Assembly (NCBI GenBank): GCA_964496765.1
Contig: CAZCAP010000003.1
Location: forward strand, 991-64,990
DNA length: 64,000 nt
Direction: 5' to 3'
Origin: an uncultured archaeon
Lineage (GTDB): Archaea > Iainarchaeota > Iainarchaeia > Iainarchaeales > CSSED10-239
In this document: positions 9,683 through 18,916 of the stretch, in pieces
Layout: the number at the start of each line of letters is the position of its first letter
How positions within the stretch are numbered: the first letter of the stretch is position 1
Made by a program: the position numbers and the translations under genes
The notes under the pieces: model-generated
What the model was told of the DNA's origin: nothing
What the model saw: only the letters and a program-made list of their open reading frames with translations
Databases searched by the model: none

Positions 9683-10123
9683 TTGGAAAAGAAAAGTACA
9701 GGAACTGGTTTTGTTGTTAGAAGACAAAGAGTCCCAAACACTCAAAATCTAGAGATGTTTGGTAAGGTTATGCAACTTATGGGTGTTAATAATATTCAAA
9801 TCATTTGTGAGGATGGAAAGGAAAGAATTTGTAGAATACCTGGTAAGATGTTTAAACATATTTGGCTAAAGCCAGGCGATATTGTGATTATTAAACTATG
9901 GGACTTTCAACCAACCAAAGGGGATGTTGTTTGGAGATACATTGGATTTCAAACCACTCAGCTAGAGAAGAGAGGTTTACTAAATGAACTATATAAACAT
10001 ACCCATGATACAATCCACCAGGATAATTATAGAAGTAATTATGGTGCACAAAAGGAATCACTTTCTGAAGAAGAGATTGAACTTGTGACTGATGATGAAT
10101 CAGCTGATGAGTCTACCGAATAA
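9683..10123 (+). CDS. eif1a: Translation initiation factor aIF-1A
   Basis: S1-like OB core (MFGKVMQLMG..IICEDGKERICRIPGKM..IWLKPGDIVII..WD) with an acidic C-terminal tail. The start codon is TTG. Confidence 0.9.
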   Translation: MEKKSTGTGFVVRRQRVPNTQNLEMFGKVMQLMGVNNIQIICEDGKERICRIPGKMFKHIWLKPGDIVIIKLWDFQPTKGDVVWRYIGFQTTQLEKRGLLNELYKHTHDTIHQDNYRSNYGAQKESLSEEEIELVTDDESADESTE

Positions 10124-10138
10124 CTATAAATTAAATGT

Positions 10139-10891
10139 TTGATTATGTTAAAAAAATTTGAAATTGATAGTAAGATCCAGGGCTATGTTTTTGATGAAAA
10201 CACAAAGGCAGCCCTCTTCAAGCTTGCAAGTAATAATATAATTGATTCCATTGATTCTCCCATTGCTTCAGGAAAGGAAGCAATCACTTTTCTAGGCCAT
10301 CTTGAAAAAAATCCAATTGTTGCAAAGATATACAAGATTGAAACAAGTAATTTCAAGAACATGAGTAAATACATTAAAGGAGATTATAGATTTCGGGCAG
10401 TTTCAAAAGACAAACGTGATTTGTTTTTACTTTGGGCAAACAAAGAATACAAAAACCTAACCCTTGCAATCAGGAATGAGGTGGCGGTTCCAATCGTAAT
10501 CGCCAAGGAAAAAAACATTTTGATCATGTCTTTTATTGGAGATGGGGAAATACCCTATCCACAACTAACTAAAGTTAAATTTGACTATGATGTGGTTTAT
10601 CCACAAATTATTGAAAACTATGCACGTCTGCTCTATGGTGCGAAAATTGTTCACGCAGATTTTTCTGCATATAACATTTTAATTAATCCAAGAACCCAGA
10701 AGATAACACTAATTGATATGGGCCAAGCAGTTGTTTATTCTCATCCAAAATCAAAAGAGTTTTTAAAAAGAGATATAATTAATATTACTGATTTCTTAAA
10801 TAAAAAGTTTAAAAAACTTAATCTAACCTATGAAACTGTGCTTGATGATTTGAAAAAGAAAAAAGAAGAAATTTATGGAAGAAGTAATTAG
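10139..10891 (+). CDS. rio1: RIO-type serine protein kinase
   Basis: GKEAITF nucleotide-binding segment, catalytic VHADFSAYNIL and metal-binding IDMGQAV. An alternative ATG start lies at 10145. Confidence 0.88.
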   Translation: MIMLKKFEIDSKIQGYVFDENTKAALFKLASNNIIDSIDSPIASGKEAITFLGHLEKNPIVAKIYKIETSNFKNMSKYIKGDYRFRAVSKDKRDLFLLWANKEYKNLTLAIRNEVAVPIVIAKEKNILIMSFIGDGEIPYPQLTKVKFDYDVVYPQIIENYARLLYGAKIVHADFSAYNILINPRTQKITLIDMGQAVVYSHPKSKEFLKRDIINITDFLNKKFKKLNLTYETVLDDLKKKKEEIYGRSN

Positions 10892-11456
10892 AGTTGGAAA
10901 GCAAAGGATCCCTGTGATTATTGGAATCAATGGTGAAACCAAGAGAGAAATTGAACAAAAAACAAAAATTAGTCTTGAAATTAATAGCTCTACTGGTGAT
11001 GTGAATATTATTTCTGATCTTTCCTACTATGAAATTCACCAGGCAAAGAACATAATCTCTGCAATTGCAAGAGGATTTAGTCCTGAACACGCCTATAAAT
11101 TACTTGAAGACAATTATTCTTTTGATGTTATTAATCTAACTGATTATGTATCAGATTCAAGAGGAAGACATGAACAGGTAAAGGGAAGAGTAATAGGAAG
11201 AGAAGGTAAAGTTAAGCAGATGATAGAAAAAAGAAATAATTGTTTCTTGTCAGTTTATGGTAAAACCATTGGAATAATTGCACCCGTTGATAAGATTGAA
11301 GAAACAAGAGAAATTATTGAGAAAATCCTATCGGGAGCTAAACACACAACCATTTTTAAAATGATTAAAAGAAATAGTTTTGAAGAAAAAGAAGAAGGTT
11401 CAAAACAAAATTCAAGTGAAATTGATAATATTAATTTTGACGAAGAAGAAAATTAA
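10875..11456 (+). CDS. KH-domain RNA-binding protein (Dim2/Pno1-like)
   Basis: Two KH-like modules (IIGINGETKREIEQKT and VIGREGKVKQMIEKRN). It occupies the conserved archaeal position after aIF1A and rio, and overlaps the rio 3' end. Confidence 0.75.
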   Translation: MEEVIRVGKQRIPVIIGINGETKREIEQKTKISLEINSSTGDVNIISDLSYYEIHQAKNIISAIARGFSPEHAYKLLEDNYSFDVINLTDYVSDSRGRHEQVKGRVIGREGKVKQMIEKRNNCFLSVYGKTIGIIAPVDKIEETREIIEKILSGAKHTTIFKMIKRNSFEEKEEGSKQNSSEIDNINFDEEEN

Positions 11457-11470
11457 AATAGGTGGAAAAT

Positions 11471-11923
11471 ATGAAGAAAGCAAAAAAAGCTGAAGGAACA
11501 GCAATAATAATCACGAGAGTTTATTCTGTTTTGAATTGGATTGGAGCAATCGCAAGTTTGTTTCTTGCAATTATTCTAATTGTATTCAGTTCTAATCTCT
11601 CAAACATGTTGCCAGCCATTGGAATGGAATTTGGATCTGCAATATTTATTTTTATTGGGATTATTCTATTTGTTATTGGCCTTTTAGGAATCGCGGTTGC
11701 ATGGGGTTTGTGGAAATATAAGAACTGGGCACGAATATTAACTTTAATATTTGTTGGATTTTCTCTTATTTCAACAATTATTGGGTTGATTAAAGGATTT
11801 GATAGTGTGCAAATAATTTGGTTAATTCTTGATGCACTAATAATCTATTTGTTTGGATTCTATAAACCAATTGTTCATTTATTTTATAATCCATTCCTTG
11901 CAAAGAAAACAAAAAGAAAATAA
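11471..11923 (+). CDS. Small integral membrane protein (4 predicted TM helices), function unknown
   Basis: Hydrophobic segments run throughout. The track start (GTG at 11462) lies inside the GGTGG RBS at 11461-11465, so the ATG at 11471, 5 nt downstream, is preferred. Confidence 0.6.
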   Translation: MKKAKKAEGTAIIITRVYSVLNWIGAIASLFLAIILIVFSSNLSNMLPAIGMEFGSAIFIFIGIILFVIGLLGIAVAWGLWKYKNWARILTLIFVGFSLISTIIGLIKGFDSVQIIWLILDALIIYLFGFYKPIVHLFYNPFLAKKTKRK

Positions 11924-11951
11924 GTTTATTTATTTTCTTTCTTTTTTATTT

Positions 11952-14144
11952 TTATTTATCAATAAGTTCTGCTTTTTTTATTGTTATGTATCCAGTGAAC
12001 TCATTTTTAAGTACCCTACTATAGTCTTTAATTACTATTTTTTTCTTAAAGGTGGGCCCCGAAAGAACAAGGGTCTCATATTCCCCACCTTCTCCAGCAA
12101 TATTAAATCCATAGTGCTTTGAATTAATATATCCTCTCCCAAGCCCGCTCTTTAGTTTATTATTTAATCTAATTAAATCCTTTACTTCTTTTTCTTCAAT
12201 TCTTTTATTTAACCATTTTTCTGATAGTCCATAGCCAGCAATCTTGCACATCACAAATTCAAATTTATTATCCACAAGCTCAAACAATTCCTGGTCCTGT
12301 TTTTTGTGCCAAAGAGGAGAAAACATACGAAGATTTAATTGATTACAAATTTTTTGAATTCTCTCTCTTTGATAATTACTATATAGCGCTCCAGAAATAA
12401 CTCCCTGAATTCCGTATTTTTTCTTAGCATCCTCAAGTGCAATTTTAAGATCCTTTAGCTCAAGCTCTTTTTCTCCTTTTGTTTTTCTAGTAATTAGTGG
12501 AATCTCCAGAGCCTCTGCCTGCAATTTTAAAAAATTAAGATTTGGTTGTTGGAACATGTATGAATCTGGGTTAGTTGGAATTATTGAAACCAGACAGGAT
12601 ATCTCATAGTTTTGTCTTTGCATAATATAAAGAGCGAGATTAGAATCTTTTCCTCCTGAATAGAGGCAAGCAAGTTTCATGTTCTTTTCTTTAGCAAAGG
12701 TTGCTAGATAGTCTGCCTTTCCTTTATATCTTGCTTCCTTTGCAAGCTTTTCAATGCCCTTATCAAAATTACTACCATACTGAGCAGCGGTTTTTTTTCG
12801 TTCATAAATTTCTTTTGATTGCCCAAGATTTTTGGCTACATCTCTCAAAACTAATTTATTGTCTTCTGTTTTTAAATTTATCTTGTAATCATCAATCAAT
12901 CCTAAAGCAAATCTAATCAAGCTAACATCTAAATATGGAAGTCTTAATTCAATTTCATTATCCATTGTGAGCACATCATCTCTATAAATATCATTTTCGT
13001 GCATTTGTTGTAAAAGATTTAAACTATCGAGCTGCACGTTATTTGATTCATTAAACCTAGAATACCCTGCAAATATTTCATCAGCTCCAAGACCAGAAAA
13101 TAAAACTTTTATGCCATCCTCCTTTGCCCTGGTTGATGCAAGATAAATGGGAAGTGAAACCCCAACTTTGATTGGATTGCTAGATTCAATTAGTGGTATT
13201 ATTTTTTCAAGTAGTTTTGGAATTTCGTTGTAATTAATGAAAATAATTTTTAAATCTAAGTCCATCTCTTTTGCAATTTTCTTTGCAAACTCTAAATCCT
13301 TTGGCTCTCCAAAACCATCACAATATGCAAAATAGCAGCTGAAGTTTATTTTTTCTTTTTTTAATATATTTGCTAATATTACTGAATCAATTCCACCACT
13401 AAACAGTAGTCCTAACTTTTTTTCTGGAATTCTTTTTTTAATGGAATCAATCAATAGCTTTTCTAATTTTGTGCTTGCTTCTTCAAAAGTTATTTTTTTA
13501 CTTGTTTTGGAAGGAGTAATGAATTTTCTATCAACAAACGCAAGTTTTTTTGTTTTAATATCATACCTAATTATTTTACTTGGAGATAATAATTCTATAT
13601 TTTCAAAACCTAATTTTTTAAGTGATTTCTTTTCAGATGAAAAACCAAAACTTCCATCATTTTCATTATAAAAGAACCAAATTGGTTTTTCTCCAATAAT
13701 GTCTCTTGAAAGAACAACATTATCATTTGAAACATAGCAAAAGGCCCAAACCCCATCCAATTCATCAAGTATCTTTATATTCTCTTTAATTGTATTGTTT
13801 TCTAGTAAAGCAAATAGTGTTTCTGCATCATTTTTTGTTGAATAATTATATTTCTTGTTTATTTTCTTCCAGTTATATATTTCACAATTTGCAACTAAGT
13901 AATTTTGCTTGTTTGCGAGAGGTTGATGGGTTAATGAAACAATTGAATGAAGAACATGCCCCATTGCACACCTGGTTTCTTTTATTTCACCTAGGTCTAT
14001 GTTTTTTGGGTTTTCAAAATATAGTACTTTTTCTAAATTACATATCCCACAGAAATCCATTCCCCTATTCCTAATAGTAATAAGTGATTTTTTTGTTAAA
14101 TCATTTGCATTATCAATATTAAAAAATCCAGTTATACCGCACAT
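11952..14144 (-). CDS. Fusion protein: class II glutamine amidotransferase + asparagine-synthetase-type PP-loop domain + Dph6/MJ0570-like (diphthine-ammonia ligase family) PP-loop domain
   Basis: The N-terminus is MCGI (Cys2 nucleophile). The first PP-loop is SGGIDS. From Met489 (nt 12680) there is a second PP-loop, SGGKDS, plus the EGGEYETLVL signature of the Dph6/DUF71 family. It is a single uninterrupted ORF. Confidence 0.8.
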   Translation of the reverse strand: MCGITGFFNIDNANDLTKKSLITIRNRGMDFCGICNLEKVLYFENPKNIDLGEIKETRCAMGHVLHSIVSLTHQPLANKQNYLVANCEIYNWKKINKKYNYSTKNDAETLFALLENNTIKENIKILDELDGVWAFCYVSNDNVVLSRDIIGEKPIWFFYNENDGSFGFSSEKKSLKKLGFENIELLSPSKIIRYDIKTKKLAFVDRKFITPSKTSKKITFEEASTKLEKLLIDSIKKRIPEKKLGLLFSGGIDSVILANILKKEKINFSCYFAYCDGFGEPKDLEFAKKIAKEMDLDLKIIFINYNEIPKLLEKIIPLIESSNPIKVGVSLPIYLASTRAKEDGIKVLFSGLGADEIFAGYSRFNESNNVQLDSLNLLQQMHENDIYRDDVLTMDNEIELRLPYLDVSLIRFALGLIDDYKINLKTEDNKLVLRDVAKNLGQSKEIYERKKTAAQYGSNFDKGIEKLAKEARYKGKADYLATFAKEKNMKLACLYSGGKDSNLALYIMQRQNYEISCLVSIIPTNPDSYMFQQPNLNFLKLQAEALEIPLITRKTKGEKELELKDLKIALEDAKKKYGIQGVISGALYSNYQRERIQKICNQLNLRMFSPLWHKKQDQELFELVDNKFEFVMCKIAGYGLSEKWLNKRIEEKEVKDLIRLNNKLKSGLGRGYINSKHYGFNIAGEGGEYETLVLSGPTFKKKIVIKDYSRVLKNEFTGYITIKKAELIDK

Positions 14145-14320
14145 AGATATAATTTAGTTTAAATGTTTTTTAAATAGTATGTAATTATTTAATTTATTGA
14201 TTAACTAACCATAACCTAGTATTTTTAAACATTATCTTTCTTCATATTATGTGATTATCATAAAACATACATTTTTTGTAAAATTTATATATTTTATTTA
14301 TGATTAGGAGGTTTTTATAA

Positions 14321-16510
14321 ATGAACTTTAAAATTACTACGTATTTATTTGTTATTCTTGGATTGATTATGTTATTTTCTTCAATTTATGCTGAAGGAGA
14401 ATGTAATCCCCAAACAGGACCTGCTGACGCAACCTGGTTAGAAGATAATGCAACCTGTATTTGTGTTCAAACAGTATCAATGAACGGAAATGGTGTTCAA
14501 AGCACATCCTACATTGCAAGTTGTTCAGATCCTATACCAATTTCCACATCTGGTGGGAATTCGACTCAATCATCTGATGCTAATTCGACTCAATCATCTG
14601 ATGCAAACTCAACTCAATCACCAACCACAGCAACTACTTCATCAAATGAGGACACTACTCAGTCTTCTGAGGAAATAGATGTTCAAGTAAATTCTGCATC
14701 TACAAACTCATCAACAGGTGTTGGTCAATCCACAACTGAATGTCAAATCCAAATAAAAGAGTATAATAAAAAAATTAAAGATCTTTATTCATCACATTCA
14801 TCTTTCATAAAAGAAAAACAAACAAACATAAAGAATGCTAGAGATGAAATAAATAGATTATTAAAAGAATATAATAATTGTAAACCAAATAAACAACAGG
14901 GTAGATTAGATGAAATTAATAAAAAACCCACAATAACAGGAAATTTTATTTTAGGTAATTCAGTTTCCATAGAAAATGTGATTGGTTCAGATCAGGTAAT
15001 GGCAATAACCATTGCTGAAGCACCAACAGTTTCTGGAACCATCAATAATGATGACGAGCAATTTATCGCATCTGAGGATCTTGTGGCTGCAATTGATAAT
15101 GAAAATAATTCATTTCTAACTTCTGTAGATGTTAGACTTAATACAACAGAGGGTGATGAAAATCTATCTACTGATTGTGTAGCAATTAAAGAAAAAATAA
15201 AAAAACAAATGGAAATTATTAAAAAAAATCTATTAGAACTTCACGATTTTAAAGATCAAAATAAAGAACTAGTGGATAAGGTAAAAGAACTAATCAGAAA
15301 CAGAAATCAACTAATCAAAAATTGTATGGGTGTTCAAACAACCATAGAATGTAAAGTTCCTGAAGAATTATTAAATAAATTAAGAGAACTAGAAATAAAG
15401 ATGTCTACTGTTAAAGGAGAAATAATTAGTGATACTGACGCTTCTCAAGATAATTATTCAGAATATACTAGTATCAAAGAAGAATACCTTGCAATTACAA
15501 ATAAAATAAAAGTAATAAAGGATGATTGCCAAATCAGAGGTAAGGTGGCTAGTGGGCAAGATAGAATTTGTCAAGAAAAAGCAGATATAATCAGAAACAT
15601 GGATGAAATTAAAAATGCACTTGAACAAACTACAAATGACGAAGAAGCCTATCAATTAAAAACAAAACTAGAATATTTACAACAAAAGTTCAGTGGGGTT
15701 ATTTGTGCAGACCCTAATTTTGTAGGTTCTAAAGATGAAGTAGCAATTAGTTCAATAAAAATTTCTGCAAATGCGAAAAACAATCTTAGAGAGTGTATAA
15801 CTAGTCTTGTTGACAAAGCAGCTGTTGATGAAGAAATTGCAACTAATGCTTGTGCACAAAAGTATTCCCAAGAAGGCCAAGGATATAAGGAAAGAATCAT
15901 GGCTCTTGAACAAAAGATTGGAGAACAACAGGACATTATTACAAATCTAAAAGCTAAGATGTTAGGCATCCAACAAAAAATAAATAATGCAACATCTGAA
16001 ACTAAAACCCAGTTTATTGAAGAAAATGCAAGTGATCTGAAAACAGACACCATTGCAAAAATAGATAGAAAAATAGAATCATTAAAGAAATTAATTGAAA
16101 ACATAGATTCTTCTGATCTTGATGACACCAAAAAAGAAGAAATGATTGATTCAATTAATAATAACATAGCAAGTTTAAATAGGCAAAAAGAAAATATACA
16201 AAATTCAGAAACAACAGATGAATTAAAAACTTATCTAACAGAAGCAAGAAATGCTGATGGGCTTGCAAACAGGGGTGCAATCATTTCTGGAATAAAAACC
16301 CAAACTATGGAGCTTGAAAGAATTATGAATAAATATTTCTTAACTAATCAGGATTATCAAAGTTTGAAACTAGAACTTGATGCATTAAAAGCAAAGATAG
16401 CTAGTATTTCTCAAAATTCATCAGATACTGAAATTAATAGTCTAAAAGAGCAATACAAAGCACTAAGAGATAAGATCATCTCATCTTCACAGGAGGTTGA
16501 AACACAATGA
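14321..16510 (+). CDS. Secreted or surface-anchored coiled-coil protein with Ser/Thr-rich repeats
   Basis: N-terminal signal-like segment YLFVILGLIMLFSSIYA, a Cys-containing head and NSTQSSDA repeats, followed by a long Lys/Glu/Asn-rich heptad-like region. An AGGAGG RBS lies at 14306-14311. Confidence 0.7.
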   Translation: MNFKITTYLFVILGLIMLFSSIYAEGECNPQTGPADATWLEDNATCICVQTVSMNGNGVQSTSYIASCSDPIPISTSGGNSTQSSDANSTQSSDANSTQSPTTATTSSNEDTTQSSEEIDVQVNSASTNSSTGVGQSTTECQIQIKEYNKKIKDLYSSHSSFIKEKQTNIKNARDEINRLLKEYNNCKPNKQQGRLDEINKKPTITGNFILGNSVSIENVIGSDQVMAITIAEAPTVSGTINNDDEQFIASEDLVAAIDNENNSFLTSVDVRLNTTEGDENLSTDCVAIKEKIKKQMEIIKKNLLELHDFKDQNKELVDKVKELIRNRNQLIKNCMGVQTTIECKVPEELLNKLRELEIKMSTVKGEIISDTDASQDNYSEYTSIKEEYLAITNKIKVIKDDCQIRGKVASGQDRICQEKADIIRNMDEIKNALEQTTNDEEAYQLKTKLEYLQQKFSGVICADPNFVGSKDEVAISSIKISANAKNNLRECITSLVDKAAVDEEIATNACAQKYSQEGQGYKERIMALEQKIGEQQDIITNLKAKMLGIQQKINNATSETKTQFIEENASDLKTDTIAKIDRKIESLKKLIENIDSSDLDDTKKEEMIDSINNNIASLNRQKENIQNSETTDELKTYLTEARNADGLANRGAIISGIKTQTMELERIMNKYFLTNQDYQSLKLELDALKAKIASISQNSSDTEINSLKEQYKALRDKIISSSQEVETQ
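14558..14620 (+). repeat. 24-nt coding tandem repeat (about 2.6 copies) encoding NSTQSSDA
   Basis: aattcgactcaatcatctgatgct is followed by aattcgactcaatcatctgatgca and then a partial aactcaactcaatca. Confidence 0.9.
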
Positions 16511-16719
16511 ATAGAAAACTAATACTTGGAACTATTATTGTACTTGTAATCCTAATTGTTATAATTATAGCACTTTTGATTGCGGGTCCAAAAACGGATG
16601 TTCCTACTGATAATCCCACTCAAACAGATGAACTAGCAACTGATTTACAAAATTTAGCTTCTGGGGATACAATCCTTGATCAAAATTTAGCTTCAGATAT
16701 TGTTGACATTGGAGAGTAG
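16507..16719 (+). CDS. Small single-pass membrane protein, translationally coupled to the upstream surface protein
   Basis: An ATGA stop/start overlap lies at 16507-16510. There is one TM helix (GTIIVLVILIVIIIALLIAG) followed by an acidic tail. Confidence 0.55.
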   Translation: MNRKLILGTIIVLVILIVIIIALLIAGPKTDVPTDNPTQTDELATDLQNLASGDTILDQNLASDIVDIGE

Positions 16720-16722
16720 TAT

Positions 16723-17310
16723 CTACTTTCCTTTTTCTAATTTTTCTATTTGTCTTTCAACATCAAGCCAGGATCTTGCAATGATTATATTTTTGTCTTT
16801 GTACTCATTTTTTTTAACAGTAAGATATTGAGTGAACCAAATTCCTCCGGTTCCTACTTCCCTGCAGTCCATTAGGTTTGTAAGTGAATCATCTATCATT
16901 AGATCAATCCCATGTTTTGTGCAAATGATTGATTTTTTAACAGGTTCATCTTTGTGGGATCTATTAACTAGGTGTATGTCTTTAAAAAAATTAGGAAAAT
17001 ATTTGTTAATCCACATCATTGTTGGATTCATAAGATGAGCTGATCTTGCGGATATTAAATATAGTTCGTGTTTTTTAGATAGGCGTTCAAGAACATTTAT
17101 TGAATCAGTTAGCGGAATCATGTTATTATGTTTTTCCGTGTTACAAAAATCATCCCATGCCCCAAAAAATTCGTCCTTTGACATTCCAAGCTGATCAATT
17201 TCATCATTATATAATTTATCAAGATTTTTATTATGTTTCTCATTAAGGTATTTTCTAAACCAGATTATAGATGGCGCTAGAACATCATCAAAATCAATTC
17301 CAATTCTCAT
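16723..17310 (-). CDS. HAD-superfamily 5'(3')-deoxyribonucleotidase-like hydrolase (NT5C family)
   Basis: HAD motif I lies at the N-terminus (MRIGIDFDDVLAP). The size and later Asp-rich motif (MIDDS) fit the NT5C-type nucleotidases. Confidence 0.55.
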   Translation of the reverse strand: MRIGIDFDDVLAPSIIWFRKYLNEKHNKNLDKLYNDEIDQLGMSKDEFFGAWDDFCNTEKHNNMIPLTDSINVLERLSKKHELYLISARSAHLMNPTMMWINKYFPNFFKDIHLVNRSHKDEPVKKSIICTKHGIDLMIDDSLTNLMDCREVGTGGIWFTQYLTVKKNEYKDKNIIIARSWLDVERQIEKLEKGK

Positions 17311-17344
17311 ATAATCATCAATTTAAATTTATTCAAAATATTTA

Positions 17345-17417
17345 TAGCCCGAAGGAGATTCGAACTCCTGTCATGAGATTCAGAGTCTCATATGCTTGGC
17401 CACTACACTATCGGGCT
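17345..17417 (-). tRNA. tRNA-Gln (anticodon CUG)
   Basis: The reverse complement folds as a 73-nt cloverleaf: acceptor AGCCCGA/TCGGGCT, anticodon stem TGAGA/TCTCA with loop CTCTGAA, and T arm AGGAG-TTCGAAT-CTCCT. No CCA is encoded and there is no intron. Confidence 0.93.
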
Positions 17418-17424
17418 TTTTGTT

Positions 17425-17685
17425 TTATTTTTTGTATTTAATCCAAATCTTTTTAATTGGATTAAGAGTGAGAGTAGACAAAACAAATGCTAATGATGGA
17501 ATAATTGCATTAAGAAAGGGACTTGGGAGCCCAATAACAATAAACACAATTACTACAACAATATATGTTAATAGAAGGATAACCACTTTTCTAGTTAAAC
17601 TTGTTTCCCATGCCTTGTCAAGCTCAACTCTTATATTTCTTTTCTTAATATTTAAAATTTCGTTTTCAATTTTTTTTGTTTGCAT
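17425..17685 (-). CDS. Small membrane protein (2 TM), function unknown
   Basis: The start codon directly abuts the trpS stop with a 0-nt gap. The hydrophobic core is VVILLLTYIVVVIVFIVIGL..AFVLSTL. Confidence 0.5.
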   Translation of the reverse strand: MQTKKIENEILNIKKRNIRVELDKAWETSLTRKVVILLLTYIVVVIVFIVIGLPSPFLNAIIPSLAFVLSTLTLNPIKKIWIKYKK

Positions 17686-18840
17686 CTATTTGTTCCACAT
17701 TTCTTTTGCTAGAGCACCAGTGTACATGTATTTTTCAATAAGTGGTTTGTTTTTAATCTTATTTTTTCTATGATTCTCAAGAAATAAATTTAGTTTTTCA
17801 ATTAAATAAATTTTAATTTCTCCACTTGTTATTTTTCCTGCCTTATAGTCTCTATATATTTCTTTAATCTTACTATCATCTTCTTCAAACAATACTTCTA
17901 ACCAATTATAAACCACACAGATTTCTGGAATTCCTCCAAGCTTTCTGTGTTCCTCAAGAGTTGGTCTCCCTCCAGTGAAGGTGTATTTTTTAATCTTGTT
18001 TTCAATGGTTTTTGTATCATCCGTTAAATATATTGCTGAATTGTTATCTGATGATGACATTTTACCTTCCATTCCCTGAAGTGGAGATAATAGTTTATTG
18101 TGAACAGCACATGTTTTTTTGTATCCAAGTGATTCTGCTCTATCTCTCTGAACCCTCCAATAGGGATCTTGATCAATTCCTGCAGGAATTAAACAAAATT
18201 TATTTTTTTCAAAAGTAGTTGCTGCAATTTGAACAAATGGATAAAATGTATGTCCTAGGTTTGTTTCTCCAACAAACCCAAAAACAGCTTTTCCTGTTGA
18301 GAGTGTTGTTTTTTTTGCAAACTCCAGTGCCACAGGATACATTTGTTTTATGTATTCTAGATTTTTAAAAATGAATGTTTTATCTGGATTAAATCCAAGA
18401 GCTGCAATTTCTTCAATATCCTTGTCAGCCTGTGTTTTTACTTCCTCAATTGTTAAATCTTTTTTAACAACGAACTTTTCATCATCTGAAAGCATGATAT
18501 AAACATTACAATCAAATTCATCCTGGAACCATTTGGTTGTAATAAATGAAATTAAATGGCCAATGTGCATATTACCTGAAGGGCCTCGTCCAGTGTAAAC
18601 ATAAAAATTATTTTTATCTATGTTTGGTAAAATCTTATCCAGATCTCTATGGGAATAAATAAACTCACGTCTAAAGAATTGATGTAATTTTTTAGACTTT
18701 GTTTTTAATCTAAGTCTTTCCCTAAGGTCATCTGTAAGCTCATTTGTTCCAAAGTCTTTAATTAATTTATTATAATCAATGGAACCAGTAACCTCCCATG
18801 GATTAACATTAAATTCATTTGAATCTTTATCTTCGCTCAT
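17686..18840 (-). CDS. trpS: Tryptophanyl-tRNA synthetase (archaeal/eukaryotic type)
   Basis: HIGH-type GNMHIGHL, KMSKS-type GKMSSS, and the N-terminal PWEVTGSIDYNKLIKDFG segment characteristic of this TrpRS type. Confidence 0.9.
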   Translation of the reverse strand: MSEDKDSNEFNVNPWEVTGSIDYNKLIKDFGTNELTDDLRERLRLKTKSKKLHQFFRREFIYSHRDLDKILPNIDKNNFYVYTGRGPSGNMHIGHLISFITTKWFQDEFDCNVYIMLSDDEKFVVKKDLTIEEVKTQADKDIEEIAALGFNPDKTFIFKNLEYIKQMYPVALEFAKKTTLSTGKAVFGFVGETNLGHTFYPFVQIAATTFEKNKFCLIPAGIDQDPYWRVQRDRAESLGYKKTCAVHNKLLSPLQGMEGKMSSSDNNSAIYLTDDTKTIENKIKKYTFTGGRPTLEEHRKLGGIPEICVVYNWLEVLFEEDDSKIKEIYRDYKAGKITSGEIKIYLIEKLNLFLENHRKNKIKNKPLIEKYMYTGALAKEMWNK

Positions 18841-18916
18841 AATAATATATTATATGTAAAAGCATTATAAACCTTTTGAACCATATATATTAAGAAAAAA
18901 TAAGGTGTAAATTATA

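Noticed and set aside
14558-14620. Tandem direct repeats that could be mistaken for a mini CRISPR-like array.
   Set aside because: The units are contiguous with no spacers, in frame, and encode NSTQSSDA within a long ORF. This is a coding tandem repeat.
15652-16167. 171-aa minus-strand ORF inside the coiled-coil surface-protein gene.
   Set aside because: It is an antisense shadow of a long, well-supported ORF. Its composition is hydrophobic low complexity, arising from the complement of Lys/Glu/Asn codons.
17396-17773. 125-aa plus-strand ORF.
   Set aside because: It overlaps the tRNA-Gln gene and runs antisense to the small membrane ORF and the trpS 3' end. Its low-complexity Phe/Leu/Ile content is typical of a shadow ORF in AT-rich DNA.
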